A stretch of DNA of 63,542 nucleotides, filler included, from Octopus bimaculoides (GCF_001194135.2; 9 parts of 8 records of this genome joined end to end with filler, not necessarily neighbours in it); one strand, 5' to 3'. Positions 50,258 to 63,542 are shown, counted from the whole stretch's first letter. A program made the numbers and translations. The notes: generated from the sequence alone by a model not told the origin.

Positions 50258-51136
50258 CTGAAACAAGATTTTAAAAAGAAGTTAAAGAAAAATTAGTTTC
50301 AGCAACGACAACCAGAATGCTTTCGTACTCGTCAGTCTAACTGGTTTTAAAGATGTTGATCTTATCCTCATAAGAGAAATCTANNNNNNNNNNNNNNNNN
50401 NNNNNNNNNNNNNNNNNNNNNNNNNNNTTAATTAATTAANNNNNNNNNNNNNNNNNNNNNNNNNNNNNNNNNNNNNNNNNNNNTATACGTATATACATCT
50501 GTGTGTAAATGTCGTTGTGTTTGTGTATCTCACCGGAATTGACCGCAGTCCAATGACTGAAACAAGAACATGTTAATAAAATCTTTAAATTGAAAGATTA
50601 AAGATTTCTTAAAATGCACGAGTTTGTGCGCATATGCATGAAAGCATATAACTTGGATTTCAATAAAATAACACAAAGGAAGAGATGTGCGTAATTACAT
50701 TAATAAATGTATATGATATCTGTGGCAGTGTCTTATAGTCTTCCTGCAGGTTGCTATGTGGCATCTCATGTTGACATTTAAGCTAACGTAGATTAGACCT
50801 CATTTCAGATTTCTCGAACGCTGTCACGCATATTTGAAATATTTACTTAGCATAATTAAACATGTTGGTACTGCTACTGCACTCTAAGGGGTGCCTTAAG
50901 TTCCAGATGTCTCAAGCTAAGAGGAAATTTGGGCGTTAGTTTTCTTATCTACCATAGTGAAAGATAATAACTGTTTCAAGTAAATATTGTGATGGACTTG
51001 AGCAGCAGATGAAGATAGTCATGTGAGCCAGGATATATCGTACAATTACTCTGATATAACAGTACAATGATGTATATACGAATATCTATACACATATACA
51101 TATATGTATACGTTAACATATATATGCGTGTGTGTG

Positions 51137-51181
<45 letters not shown>

Positions 51182-51334
51182 CTGTGTGTGTGTCTGTGTC
51201 TGTGTGTGAATGTGTGTGTGTGTGGATGTGTGTGTGTCTGTGTCTGTGTGTGAATGTGTGTGTTTGTGGATGTGTGTGTGGTGTGTGTGTGTGTGATGTC
51301 TGTGTGTGTGATGTGTGTGTGTTTGTGTATGCGC

Positions 51335-51378
<44 letters not shown>

Positions 51379-54300
51379 AAGCATATATGTATATAAATAC
51401 AGGGATATATATATATATATTTCTGTGTGAGATAGAGGTTGGGAATCCAACCAACTAAGAGATAGTCTACCGGATGATGTATATCGTTTTTGTATCCCCT
51501 CCATTTTCTTATTTGCGGTATATATATATATGTGTGTGCCTCCTCAGCCAACCTAGTTAAACTACTTAATGTATATATATATACATATTAAGTAGTTTAA
51601 CTAGGTTGGCTGAGGAGCCACAACGATATAGAAATGCCTGATGTCACTAGCAAAGCCAGTGTTATGGACAAACGTTTATTGAAGAAAAAATTGTTGCTCA
51701 TTAACTGAGATGCGACTAGCATATTTATGCTACAGTCGCCAACTAGTTAAGAAGGAATATGTAAGACATCGTTTATGCATATATATACGTTTTTTTCCTT
51801 GTGATGAAGAATGGGAGAAAGCATTGCGTTATGTGCGTTATCCGTGGTTTGCTAGTTTTTACAAACTTTAAAGGATTGAAAACATCAATGACCACAGATG
51901 GATGACGAAACATAAAGAACTAGTAAGCAGTACTACATGTAAACCACAAGACTCACAGATGAAAGAAAACATCAATATCGGTATCTGTGTTCATAATCCG
52001 TCAGCTCACACAGAGAAGTAACTCTTTCAACATTGATTTAGAATAGACAATATTTTCCTGATCTAGTAGCGGCATCTGTGTGACCTAGAAACAAAATTTA
52101 AGTACACAGAATGGCACCACGCTAGTGGTCGACAAAAAATTTTATGCAAACAAATATTCTTCTCTGAAAACGGTTTACATGTAAAATGAATGTTATTCTC
52201 GAGTTGTATTGCATTTCCTGTCAAAAGTTGTTAATTCAGATATACAAATGTTGTATGCTGCCGTATTGCTATCTGAATGAAATGCTAAATAATCGCTTCA
52301 ACATCGTCCTTTATGGCATTACTTACTATCTAACATCTCAGTGGTCTATGCAAGACGGTATCGTTAACATTTAATGATTCGAAGCATTCTTACAGATATA
52401 GTGAGATCTTATAGATGTAGTGAGATCCATAAAGAAATATCACAGGGTTGTATATAATAAACAATTTCATACTAAAAATGCACTAGCGAATAAATCATTG
52501 ATTTTAAATGTCTGTAAACCAAACAGTATATCTAAAGACTAGTGTCGTGGTTATTTACGAAATTCTCTGGTCAAATTAATCTTTATAAACACACTATTTT
52601 ATGGTCAATTAATATACGTGAAATACATACATTCAAAGAAATAAATTATATTACGATCGGTATATATGCATTTATCATTCACTGTTTTATCATGTTTATA
52701 AATTTGAAAGACTGAAATTTCAGAATTTGTTTTGCGCTTTGCTTTTTATTAACTTTTCTGAATTTATATAATTTGAATATGGAAGTTGGATATTTGAATT
52801 AAGAGCAAGCAGAACCAAAATTTATGGCAATAATATCATCTCCTCGACTTATATATAAAAGGTAGATCTCTCGTGTGGACAGCAACGCAAGACTCTAAGA
52901 CTGTAGCTATACAAGTTTACAAGGCTTGCACAATTAAAATACGAGTAGCACGTTTAGAAATATTGTATGCAGCTCCTTCATTCCTCCCACAAATAATTTT
53001 GTAACGCCGCTTCATTTCACATACTTCAAATTCGAAACGATTTGAATTACGTAATTGGATTGCATTTTACCGTGATATAAACTGTGTAAACATGTTAGAT
53101 TAACACGAAGTATTTGGATTACATTTTACCTTGATATAAACTGTGGATACTTGATAGGTTAACACGAAGTATTTGTATTTTGTATATATATATATATATA
53201 TATAAGTTAATCAGGTTTAATTGCACATGTAATCAAACTGCACATGTAATCAAACTGCACATGTAGCCGTTATCAGTGGGTACCCTGCGTTGGTTTCATT
53301 AAATTTGATAGATTAGGGAAGAAATGAGAAAATGTATGTATAAATTTTGGATTGCCATCTAAACATGTTTCATTGCATTTCTCTACAAAATAGGATTTGC
53401 TTTATGCTGAGCAATTATTCCATATTTGTCTGTAAAAGCTACAGGAGAGGCCACAGAAAAATCAATAATTTTGATAAACGATTTAATAATTACCTCAAAA
53501 TATTAAAATTTTGACTTGTGTGAATCTCTTGCAAGTTATTCATCAGCCTTTCATCGTGGTCAATGCATAATTTTGTACTTCGTTTCGTTTACAAAAATGT
53601 TTGTCAAATAGTTCAATACAATTAAATGTAAAATGCCGCAGAGATCCTTATTCTCATGGTAATATTTATATGGTAAATACCTTTGTCGACAAAATAAAGA
53701 TCTCCTCATAGTTTGAACTTCATTATCAAGAGGAGTTTGATGACCGATTAGAAAACTCATCGTATCACTGTCATTTTAAAATATAGGTTTCAAAGCATAT
53801 TAGAGCTGTCAAATTGCTTTTGTATGTTGTATCTTTCAATCTTCAACAAATATCGAAGGGCCGCAGAGAAGAAATAATTTTAATTTTCAGACATTTTCGA
53901 AGGTGTCGTTTTGAGATTTACTTTTAGGGTAGTGACTGGTGTATGTGGGGGCTGACTTAGTCAAAAGTTTTGAGACAGATTGGTAGTATAGTATATTTGC
54001 AAAGGCTTTCAGTTATATTTATGGAGACTGTGGATTAATAATTCTAAGACACTCATCTTGTAATTCTAAAACATACATGTCGTTTCTCTTGGATCATTGT
54101 TTATCTAGTAATGGTTACAGTTCTTTCTACGTACAACTACTTTTATTAACTCAGCCGTTTCCTCCACCGAGAGTCTGTAATTTCACATCTACCATCACAT
54201 TTATCAATTTCCCTATGTCCATCTCCTATAGACCAACCGACTCCAGGTCTTTCTAACTGACCGCTCTAAATCGCTTATCCTCTATTCAAAACATCTACAC

Positions 54301-54439
54301 CTCTGACTGTAACCATGATCACAATTTTGAAACTAAGTCTCATCACATGGCTCTCCCACTCGTACAAATAGATTATCCGCAATAATACCTTCTACGTTTC
54401 GTGCACGTCGATAGTATTCCCACACACACTAAACACACA

Positions 54440-54470
<31 letters not shown>

Positions 54471-56234
54471 ACACACTCACACACACACAACCACACACAG
54501 ATTACACTTGACTGATTGCTCTTCACCATCCCAATCAAGCCTAGTACAATATCCGTTAAACGCTTACTTTTCTCGTACTGGGCAGGCACAGATTAGAACC
54601 TGCCATCACCCACATTTTCACCCACGAGATTCTCTTTGCGTATTGTTTTTTATTTACAACTACTATGTACCTCTTAAGACCAAAGTGTTAGGGATAAACA
54701 TTATTCCGTTTACTTTGTCGGATACATAAGGTGTTCGTTTTTGTAAGGTGAGGATTGTGTTTATTTGTATATAACTCTACTATACTATGCTGACGAGCGA
54801 AAACTAGATTTCATTCCGGTAAGCGTGAAACCAGTCGATACATACTTGATTTTTTTCTTTTTTAAAAACAGGTTGTTTTTTTTCAGAGTTGCTTTTTCTC
54901 GCATTCGGTACTAAAATGCGTTTATTTGTGAAGTCTAGTGTGTGGCATTATTCTGTAGTAATGCCCTTATATAAATATAAACGAATAATTATATTCTTGG
55001 GAATAGAAATTTCCCTTATGAATATTTTCACACACTAGCTTCCTGATAAAATTCTTGCAAAAGATTTTTTTCCTATTATTGAATTTATATATATATATAT
55101 ATATATATATATNNNNNNNNNNNNNNNNNNNNNNNNNNNNNNNNNNNNNNNNNNNNTTAATTAATTAANNNNNNNNNNNNNNNNNNNNNNNNNNNNNNNN
55201 NNNNNNNNNNNNATGTTACAATATATAGTTATCTCCCTTCAACCTAAAGCCCTAACCAATTACTTCCCTTCTATTTTCTGTTGAAGGGTCTATCGAAGTT
55301 GATGTTGCCACCAATTCTTTCGGATTTGCTGTCGAAGTCATCTTTGTTTAGAATTATGTTAATGGAAATATTCTTGCCATGAACATCCTGTCATCTTAGC
55401 CTTATTCAAGACTACATAAAGCTCACGATCATAATGTCGCGAATTGAACTCCGGGACCGGGCGGCACGCTGGATTTCACGTTGCCCTAGTTTGTTCAGCT
55501 GAGGATGAACACCAGCAGCTTATTCCCCTTCCAACAGTCACAGCTGGGGTAAATCGCTGGATCAAGAGTAACAGAGCTGAGATAGTACTTAAAACAATTA
55601 GCGGAAAGCATGGTACCTATCATCACGTCATAGTAATCTGTGATCACGGCTGTGGTTAATACGTTTGGACAACACTATCTAGAGTGTCTTGCTGTTGTAT
55701 CATGCGGCAAGGTTTGATCTGATGATGTGAATGCTGTGTTTTTCATCATTCACATCTCTTGCAGTACCAGTCATGCACTGATGTCAATGCAATCGACTTT
55801 CCTCACAAAAATTTCAAACATTACGCCTATAGCAGAGAGAATTATTACAGATTTCTAAGGCGGTGAACTGGCAGAATTGTTTTCTATTCTAGGCACAATG
55901 CCCGAAATTTGGGGGAAGGGGGTAAGTCGATCAGATCGACCCCAGTACGCAACTGGTACTTAATTTATCGACCCCCTAAAGGATAAAAGGCAAAGTCGAC
56001 CTCGGCGGAATTTGAACTCAGAACACAAAGACAGACGAAATACCGCTAAGCATTTCGCCCGGCGTGTTAACCTCTCTGCCAGAGCGCCGTCTTTGTGAGC
56101 TGGCAGAATTGTTAGCGCGTTCAACAAAATTGTTTGCGTTATTTCTTCCGGTTATTTCATTCCGAGTTCAAATTCAACCGTGGATGATAAAATATGTAAC
56201 AATTACGTATAGGGGCTGATATACTTGTTCTGGT

Positions 56235-56400
56235 CCATGGCTCACTTCCTACGATTGCGATGATTCACCAACCAAGAGGAGATGGAAGTTTCAGTGAATG
56301 AGTTTTTCGCCTCGAAGGACAGGAACTGGTATGAGCATGGGATAAATGAACTGACAGAAAGATGGCTTCAAAGGGTGTAACACGATGTCCTCTGCTTTGA

Positions 56401-56402
<2 letters not shown>
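56235..56402 (+). mobile_element. Mariner transposase C-terminal fragment
   Basis: MAHFLRLR*FTNQEEMEVSVNEFFASKDRNWYEHGINELTERW. Confidence 0.75.
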
Positions 56403-56448
<46 letters not shown>

Positions 56449-56550
56449 NNNNNNNNNNAGACCTTTTCATTTTCCTGAGCGTCAAACTAATACACCTGCT
56501 TGTTGTTCATGCACCTGTCTTCGTCTTTTGTTATTCTATAAACTTCAACT

Positions 56551-56581
<31 letters not shown>

Positions 56582-58618
56582 TATACAAAGAGAGAGAGAG
56601 AGATAGAGAGAGAAAGAGAGCTTGTGTATGTAAAAGAAAAGAAAAGTAATGCTCTAAGGAACACTTCGAAATGTTTGAAGTTGATTTGAATCCACATACT
56701 CGTCATCAGTGTCAGTCTGCTAGGTCCACCTTTGATCCCTAGACTACATAATATGCTTCTGTGGGTGGCGGGTGGTTTGTAAGATCTATGTGCGCTTCTC
56801 CGCTTTCTAGACTATATTCATGATTTCCAACTCAGCCACCAGATCATAAACTCTGTAGAGTATGACAGATTTTAATCCAGGTAGTTTACTGTAATTTATT
56901 TTATCGATCTACTAAAGATTCAAACCAACATAAAAATCTCTATATATAGTGATTCGATCTCGGAATATATGAATGAAAGAAATTACGCAAAGAATTTTAT
57001 CTGACGTGCTAACGATCTTGCCAGTTCGCTGCCCCAAAGATCTGTAGTAATTCTGTGATGCAAATAATCCTTACTACTATAGGCACAAATCCTGATATTT
57101 TGTTACGTAGAACTAAACGTTTACATCGATCCCAGTGCTTGATTGGTACTCATTGTTTTGACCCCAAAAGGATGGAAGGTGAAGTAGACCCTGATAGAAT
57201 TATTTTCATCCTGAACGTAATGACCGGAAGAAATACATCCTTTTCCCTCGATGTTCTACTGATTCTACCAGCTCTCCACCTCGAAAGAGACATCCCTAAT
57301 AATTCTTTTGTACTACGGGCACAAGTCCTGAAATTTTTGATGGTGGGAGCTTGTTGATTACATCGACGCCAGTGTGCAACTGGTACTTATTTTACCGGCC
57401 CCGAAAGGATGAAAAGCAAAGTTGACCTCGGCGGAATTTGAACGTAAAGACGGACGAAATGCATGAAAGCACTGAGCTCGCTGTGCCAACGATTCTGCTA
57501 TATGTATATATATGTATATATATATGTATATATGTATATAAAAATATTAAACCATGGAAAAAGAATCCTTATATTTGGATGTTTCACTATATAGCGATGC
57601 CAGAGTCAAACGACGTATTTTATTCACCTCGCTTATTGAAGTCGAGCAATGTCGATAGAATAAAAAAAATCAGTAAAATTTGCATTAGACCATGCATGTA
57701 TGTATACACATACATACATGCATACATACATACATACATACATACATATTTTTACGTTCTAAGTTCAAATTCCACCGATGTCGACGTCACCTTTCATCCT
57801 TAAAAAACAAAAAAAAAACCCTTGAATGAAGTAAATTCGAAGACTGCTCGTAGAACTCGCACCCACATCTATCAACATGACAGAAGTTTTAACCTTTGCC
57901 ATTTTAATTCCAACCAAGGAGTTTTAACCAAATATTCTACATGCTGTTATTTATAGCCGTATCTGCTTCTGGCTCCTTCGTTAAAAAATGATATACTTCA
58001 AATCTCGCGAAGTTCTTAATTTCTTATAACGTAAAAAACATATATAATTCTCCTTGGAAAGTAGAAAGCTTTTAAATTGAACTGTGTGTAGCGCGTAGTT
58101 ATATCAAGGCTTGGTGGCAGCTTGTATACATATTTATCACTATAATTGTATAGAGCTTCATGGAAAACAGACAGCGTCAAATTATAAGAACATCTTGTTT
58201 ACAAGAGTTGAAATCCTAATGATCAAGCTGCTAAAATGTACCGCGTTGATTCTTCATCTTCTGCGAACTGGAAAATAACTGTGAAACTATCCATTAAGAG
58301 AAACTTTGCTGGTTTGTATATGAAGCTGTACAAACAACTTGAAAGCAAAAGTTGTCGAAGGCTTGAAACAAAGGAAGACCGAACTCTCTCTGATTAATTG
58401 CGCCAAATTCGTCGCTGTAGAAATTTTCTAGAATTCTCACGAGAACACTTAACCTTCATTGGTTGAAAATGGAATCTGCGCATGTGATAGACCACTGGAG
58501 CACCAACTGGACACTGGGGTTGATGTAATCATCTTGCCCTCTTTCCGAACTTGCTGGCTTTGTGCTAAAATTAGAAATCACCATCATCATCACAATAATA
58601 ATAATAATAATAATAATG

Positions 58619-58683
<65 letters not shown>

Positions 58684-60220
58684 TATTATTATTATTATTA
58701 TTATTATAAAGCCACTCGTATAACGAGTAGGTTTTGCCATTGTTCGAGATAGAGCATTAAACCCTATAGAACTGGTCTTGCAACCCAACGAACTGTATCA
58801 ATGTACGATTAATGGCCCAGCAAAGAATTACAATGAAGCACCTATAACGTACCGGATTGGAACTAAAAGACCCCAAAGTCAACAGTGTAACATACCGCTA
58901 TAACCTACTCGGCCTTTCAATTCAATATTTTTCTTAATTTTGGTTTTCCTATATTATCGCTCTCCGATATTCTCCTTATTCTTTTATGCGCGAGTGTATT
59001 TGTTCTTTACATTCTCAGGTAAAAACACAATCAAATGAAAGGGTTAGGGAAACATTAAGCTACACGAAAACTCGCTATCTCTCTGTCACACACACTCACA
59101 CAGACATGCACTTACACATGCATACATATATATACACATACACACACACGCATACATACACAAACATATGCACCCATATTTATATAAACATGTATGTATG
59201 TGCATATACGTATATACATATATATTTATGTGTATATATATATGTATATGTATGTGTNNNNNNNNNNNNNNNNNNNNNNNNNNNNNNNNNNNNNNNNNNN
59301 NNNNNNNNNNNNNNNNNNNNNNNNNNNNNNNNNNNNNNNNNNNNNNNNNNNNNNNNNNNNNNNNNNNNNNNNNNNNNNNNNNNNNNNNNNNNNNNNNNNN
59401 NNNNNNNNNNNNNNNNNNNNNNNNNNNNNNNNNNNNNNNNNNNNNNNNNNNNNNNNNNNNNNNNNNNNNNNNNNNNNNNNNNNNNNNNNNNNNNNNNNNN
59501 NNNNNNNNNNNNNNNNATATATATATATATATATATATATGTATTGTATGTAGCTACATATATTTGCATACACATGCACACACACACACTATATATATAT
59601 ATATATATAGATATATATGTATGTATGTATACCAAACGAATCAAAAAGGTTGTCAATGCTATATTATTGGTATCTTAACGGATTACAAACAAGTAGAACC
59701 AAATGGCTACATAAATCTAAGACTGGTAATTATGATGGCACCACTTACCGTTTACTCTAAGACAACAGGCACTGACATACAGTATGGCGCTGGGTTCCAT
59801 TTATTTATTTATTTACTTATTTATTTGTTTGTTTATTTATTCCTAGCCTTTTGCCTTGAGTCAAAGCAGGCCATAAATATATGACAAACATGTTCTAAAG
59901 GAATTGTGAAAGGGTTAGATATAGGAATATGTACTATGCACATGCATCTACACACACGCACCCCCCCACACACACAGCACACACACGCACACACTCATAC
60001 ACACACATATACATACATAAGTATGTATGTATGTATGTATTGGTATGTATGTAGTTACATTTGTATATATATGTATACCTACGTATGTGTGTACATTTAG
60101 ATATGTATATATGCATATATNNNNNNNNNNNNNNNNNNNNNNNNNNNNNNNNNNNNNNNNNNNNTTAATTAATTAANNNNNNNNNNNNNNNNNNNNNNNN
60201 NNNNNNNNNNNNNNNNNNNN

Positions 60221-60296
<76 letters not shown>

Positions 60297-61019
60297 TATA
60301 TATATATATGTATTCATATATGTATATATATATATATAGATATGTTTACATATATATATGCATCCACACGTTCACTTATATACGACTTTGACACTATTGG
60401 TTTCTTAGAACGAACACAGAGATATAAATATTGTTTATTGGGCAATATCGCCGTATGATAGTGTTGTTTAAATGGCGTCCTGCAAATAAAATAGTAATCG
60501 AACAAGAATCATGTCTGCTGAATATAGCAAATAAATCTTGCATGAATATAACATTCTCCTGTCTTTTGCTGTTGTAGATACTAGATTAACATGTTCAATA
60601 GTCATAACAAATATGATAGTTATCGGTATCAACAGAATATCAACGAATATCAATTTTGCGACAGTGTTTTACATAAAGAAACGAAATGCAATAATATAAA
60701 GAAATAAAGAGAGTGTTATGTTATAAAATATGTCTACAAAGTTATAGAAATATAACAACAAAAGGTATTAAGATCTAGCAACCTTCAATTATTAAAACTA
60801 ATTCGTAATTATAATATATAATTACATGTTATTACATGTGATTTGATGAATGCCTTGAGTGCCATTTCGTATAAGGTAATTGGCGTATTTATATATGTAG
60901 TTTACTTTTTTCAGTCTTTGTACTTTGGCCATGCTGGAGCATCGTCTTCAGCGGATTTAGTCGAACAATTTGACCTCAGTATTAATTCCGGTACTTGTTT
61001 TTTTTTCCATCAGCTTCAT

Positions 61020-61740
61020 TTGCTCCGAGACCCTTGCTTTTGCATATCCTACCGACCTGCGAACCTCGCCCTCTTCAAGCAACCTTTCAACTTCTGGATC
61101 AGTGAGTTATGTTCTTCATCAATTCCCTTAAGCTGGTTCCAGAACTCTTTACCCATGTCTTCCTTCAGCTTCCCTTTGACCACGACCTTCACTCGTTGTC
61201 CTCTCGTTGTTAGGTGTAGCGAACTCTTCTCCCTGATCTCGTCCAGCACAATCTTCGCCCACACATGGCTTCCTGTGTTGAACAGCGCTACCACTGAGAT
61301 GTTTTGCAGTATTCATCGTTTATTGACCAGAGTTTAGTCGATGTAGCGTTGGTTTCTTGTCTTCGGTGCTATGCAGGTCCACTTCATCTGTATCTTGTTG
61401 ACTAGACTGTTACCGATGTGAAGTATTTTGCTTCTGCTATGGTGATCAAACTCTCTCCTCTCTCTTCCACTCTCCGAGCCGGAATCCTCCCACATCTCAT
61501 GTAATCTCGTCGTCCCTTACCTACACTGCGCTATATGTGGATTTTGTGGCTAGAACTTGTTCCAGCTCACCATAAAGATCTTGCACCGCATCGTCGTCGG
61601 TGTTGGTGCTGGTAAGGGGCGTAAGCCTTTCTGGAGAGTCGAACGTTTAGCATTTCTATTCCGAACTGTACCTACAGTTGTAGGCCTTTGGCAAAAACTT
61701 ACATCTCTGAGTACATATGGGAGATTTCGCCGAGAATAAG
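61020..61740 (-). mobile_element. RTE LINE APE endonuclease fragment (inverted)
   Basis: AYAP..TNTDDDAVQDLYGELEQVL, VGGFRLGE, KWTCIAP...YID..LVNKR..LQNISVVALFNTGSH.VWAKI. Confidence 0.8.
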
Positions 61741-61744
61741 ATCA

Positions 61745-62050
61745 ACTCAGCGAACGATGTGCTGAAAACATAACCTCAACAAAGCCAAATGCTCAAACCT
61801 TTTTAACAGTACGGTTCTACCTGCACTGCCCTATGAAAGTGAAACGTGAGCGACGACCAAGAGGGAGGTACAACCGTTAACAACGGTGCAAAAAGCCATG
61901 AAAAGATCGATTTGGGGAATCTTCTTGAGTGATTACTTCTGAAACAAACAGATCAAAGAAAGATACGGAGTGAAGGGCCTCATCACTGAATACCGCCTGA
62001 AGAACCTAAGATAGGCTGGACATGTCTTACGATGCACCGATAATTGGCTG
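61745..62050 (+). mobile_element. RTE LINE post-RT fragment
   Basis: LFNSTVLPALPYESET*ATTK...TVQKAMKRSI...R*AGHVLRCTDNW. Confidence 0.8.
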
Positions 62051-62083
62051 CTTTGGTAGACGGAAACTGCATTGGCAGTCAGT

Positions 62084-62123
<40 letters not shown>

Positions 62124-62223
62124 NNNNNNNNNNNNNNNNNNNNNNNNNNNNNNNNNNNNNNNNNNNNTTAATTAATTAANNNNNNNNNNNNNNNNNNNNN
62201 NNNNNNNNNNNNNNNNNNNNNNN

Positions 62224-63203
62224 GAGAATTTAAGTGGATCTTCAGAGTAGCAGACCTGCCTTTACCAATATTAGGGGCAGATTTTCTCGCACACTACAAT
62301 TTAATGGTAGATATAAGAAAACAAAAGCTGATAGACACAGAAACTTCATTAAAAATCCAAGGAATGAGATGCAGAAAGGTCACAGACAGTCCATTGTATT
62401 TCATAGCATCCTCAGAAAATCGGTATCACAGGTTGTTGAATAATTATCCTAAAATTACGACACCATTAGCTCTAAATGCCAAGTGTGTGCATTCAGTAAC
62501 ACATCACATCATCACACAAGGACCTCCAAGTTTTTCCAAGCCGAGAAGACTATCTCCGGAAAAATTGAAGATTGCAAAGGCCGAGTTTAGTCATATGTTG
62601 GACCTTGGTATAATTCGTTCTTCCAGTAGTAGCTGGTCAACGCCGTTAGTTATGGTAAAAAAAAATCTCATTGACTGGCGTCCTTGTGGAGATTTTAGAC
62701 AACTTAATGCAAATACAAGAGCAGACAAATATCCAATTCCTCATATTATGGAATTTGCAACTACTTTGAATGGTTGCACTGTTTTTTCGAAAATTGATTT
62801 AGTTAGAGCATACAATCAAATTCCTGTGGAAGAAAAAGATATACCGAAAACTGCGATTACCACTCCATTCGGGTTGTTTGAATTCCTTCGCATGCCTTTC
62901 AGATTGAGGAACACAGCAAATACCTTTCAAAGATTTATGGACGAAGTAACAAGAAATTTACCTTTCGTATTTGCCTATATCGATGATATTCTCATTGCTA
63001 GTCCATCAGAAGAAGCACATGAAGACCATTTAAAACAAGTTTTCGAGAGGTTGACAAAATATGGTATAGTAATAAACCCAGCAAAGTGTGTTTTTGGTGT
63101 AACCACTATATCTTTTCTGAGTCATCTTATTGATAAAGATGGAATTCGACCATTGCCAGAGAAAGTTGAAGCTATAAAAAAATTTCCAATACCAATTGAA
63201 TGA
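62224..63203 (+). mobile_element. Ty3/Gypsy pol (protease tail-RT), truncated
   Basis: 299-aa stop-free ORF 62304-63203: [52 protein letters not shown] at about 62977-62988. Confidence 0.92.
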
Positions 63204-63224
63204 ATTTATGTATATAATTATGTA

Positions 63225-63542
63225 TATAATTAAGGCTTATATGCCCAACAAAATCGAACATAGGAATATTAAGTAAAAATATTATCAATAAGTACATAAC
63301 TACAATAATAGTTAAGTTGAAGTTAAAATTATGGTCAAGTACAGACCAAGTAATCAGATGGTTTAATTCTATTGAGGACAAAAAAAAATACTAAATTCAT
63401 TCAATTTGATATAGCTAATTTTTATGGATCCATTAACCTGATTATATTAAATAAGGCAATGTGGTTTTTCCATAAGAAGGCTGGACTTACTAGAGAAGAA
63501 TTTAAAGTGATAACAGCTGCTAGAAAGTCTTTTATTAGTTTT
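63225..63542 (+). mobile_element. Penelope-like element RT fragment
   Basis: LRLICPTKSNIGILSK...LWSSTDQVIRWFNSIEDKK(fs)TKFIQFDIANFYGSI...VITAARKSF. Confidence 0.8.

Noticed and set aside
51957-52471. Minus-strand GT/AG-bounded segments (51957-52084, 52327-52471)
   Set aside because: In-frame stops or no recognisable product. They could be UTR exons, but this is unsupported.
560-60653. Most track ORFs (YIYI, CVCV, HTHT, poly-I/N/Y/D, X-runs)
   Set aside because: They are translations of (AT)n, (GT)n, (ATT)n and (ATC)n microsatellites or N gaps.
1-63542. CRISPR arrays, rRNA, prokaryotic operons or defence systems
   Set aside because: No repeat-spacer arrays or rRNA-like sequence; the DNA is spliceosomal-intron eukaryotic.

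Overview
Eukaryotic, AT-rich, microsatellite- and SINE-saturated DNA. The repeat families and gene content suggest a coleoid cephalopod, most likely Octopus (inference). Eight 100-nt N-TTAATTAATTAA-N spacers are artificial scaffold joins that split the window into 9 segments. Almost all ORFs in the supplied track are microsatellite or N-run artefacts. Main result: a complete 9-coding-exon + strand gene, missed by the ORF track, at join(30021-30057,30637-30660,32245-32457,34007-34036,35337-35363,36191-36220,38517-38546,38678-38707,39868-40364). It encodes a 305-aa secreted, Cys- and Lys-free Gly/Tyr/His-rich block-copolymer protein resembling squid suckerins and His-rich beak proteins. Its middle block is built from five tandemly duplicated 27-30 nt microexons, and every coding intron is phase 1. 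Its introns carry a core-intact sense-strand minimal hammerhead ribozyme, a near-perfect inverted SINE pair and a 7x45-bp minisatellite, and there is a 3'UTR intron. On the - strand, three spliced exons (50257-48331) encode the SEA-like/HormR/GAIN-entry part of an adhesion GPCR. The rest is decayed Tigger/pogo, Tc1/mariner, R4/Dong, RTE, Gypsy and Penelope-like fragments, SINEs and simple repeats. All translations and alignments were done by hand; no database searches were run.
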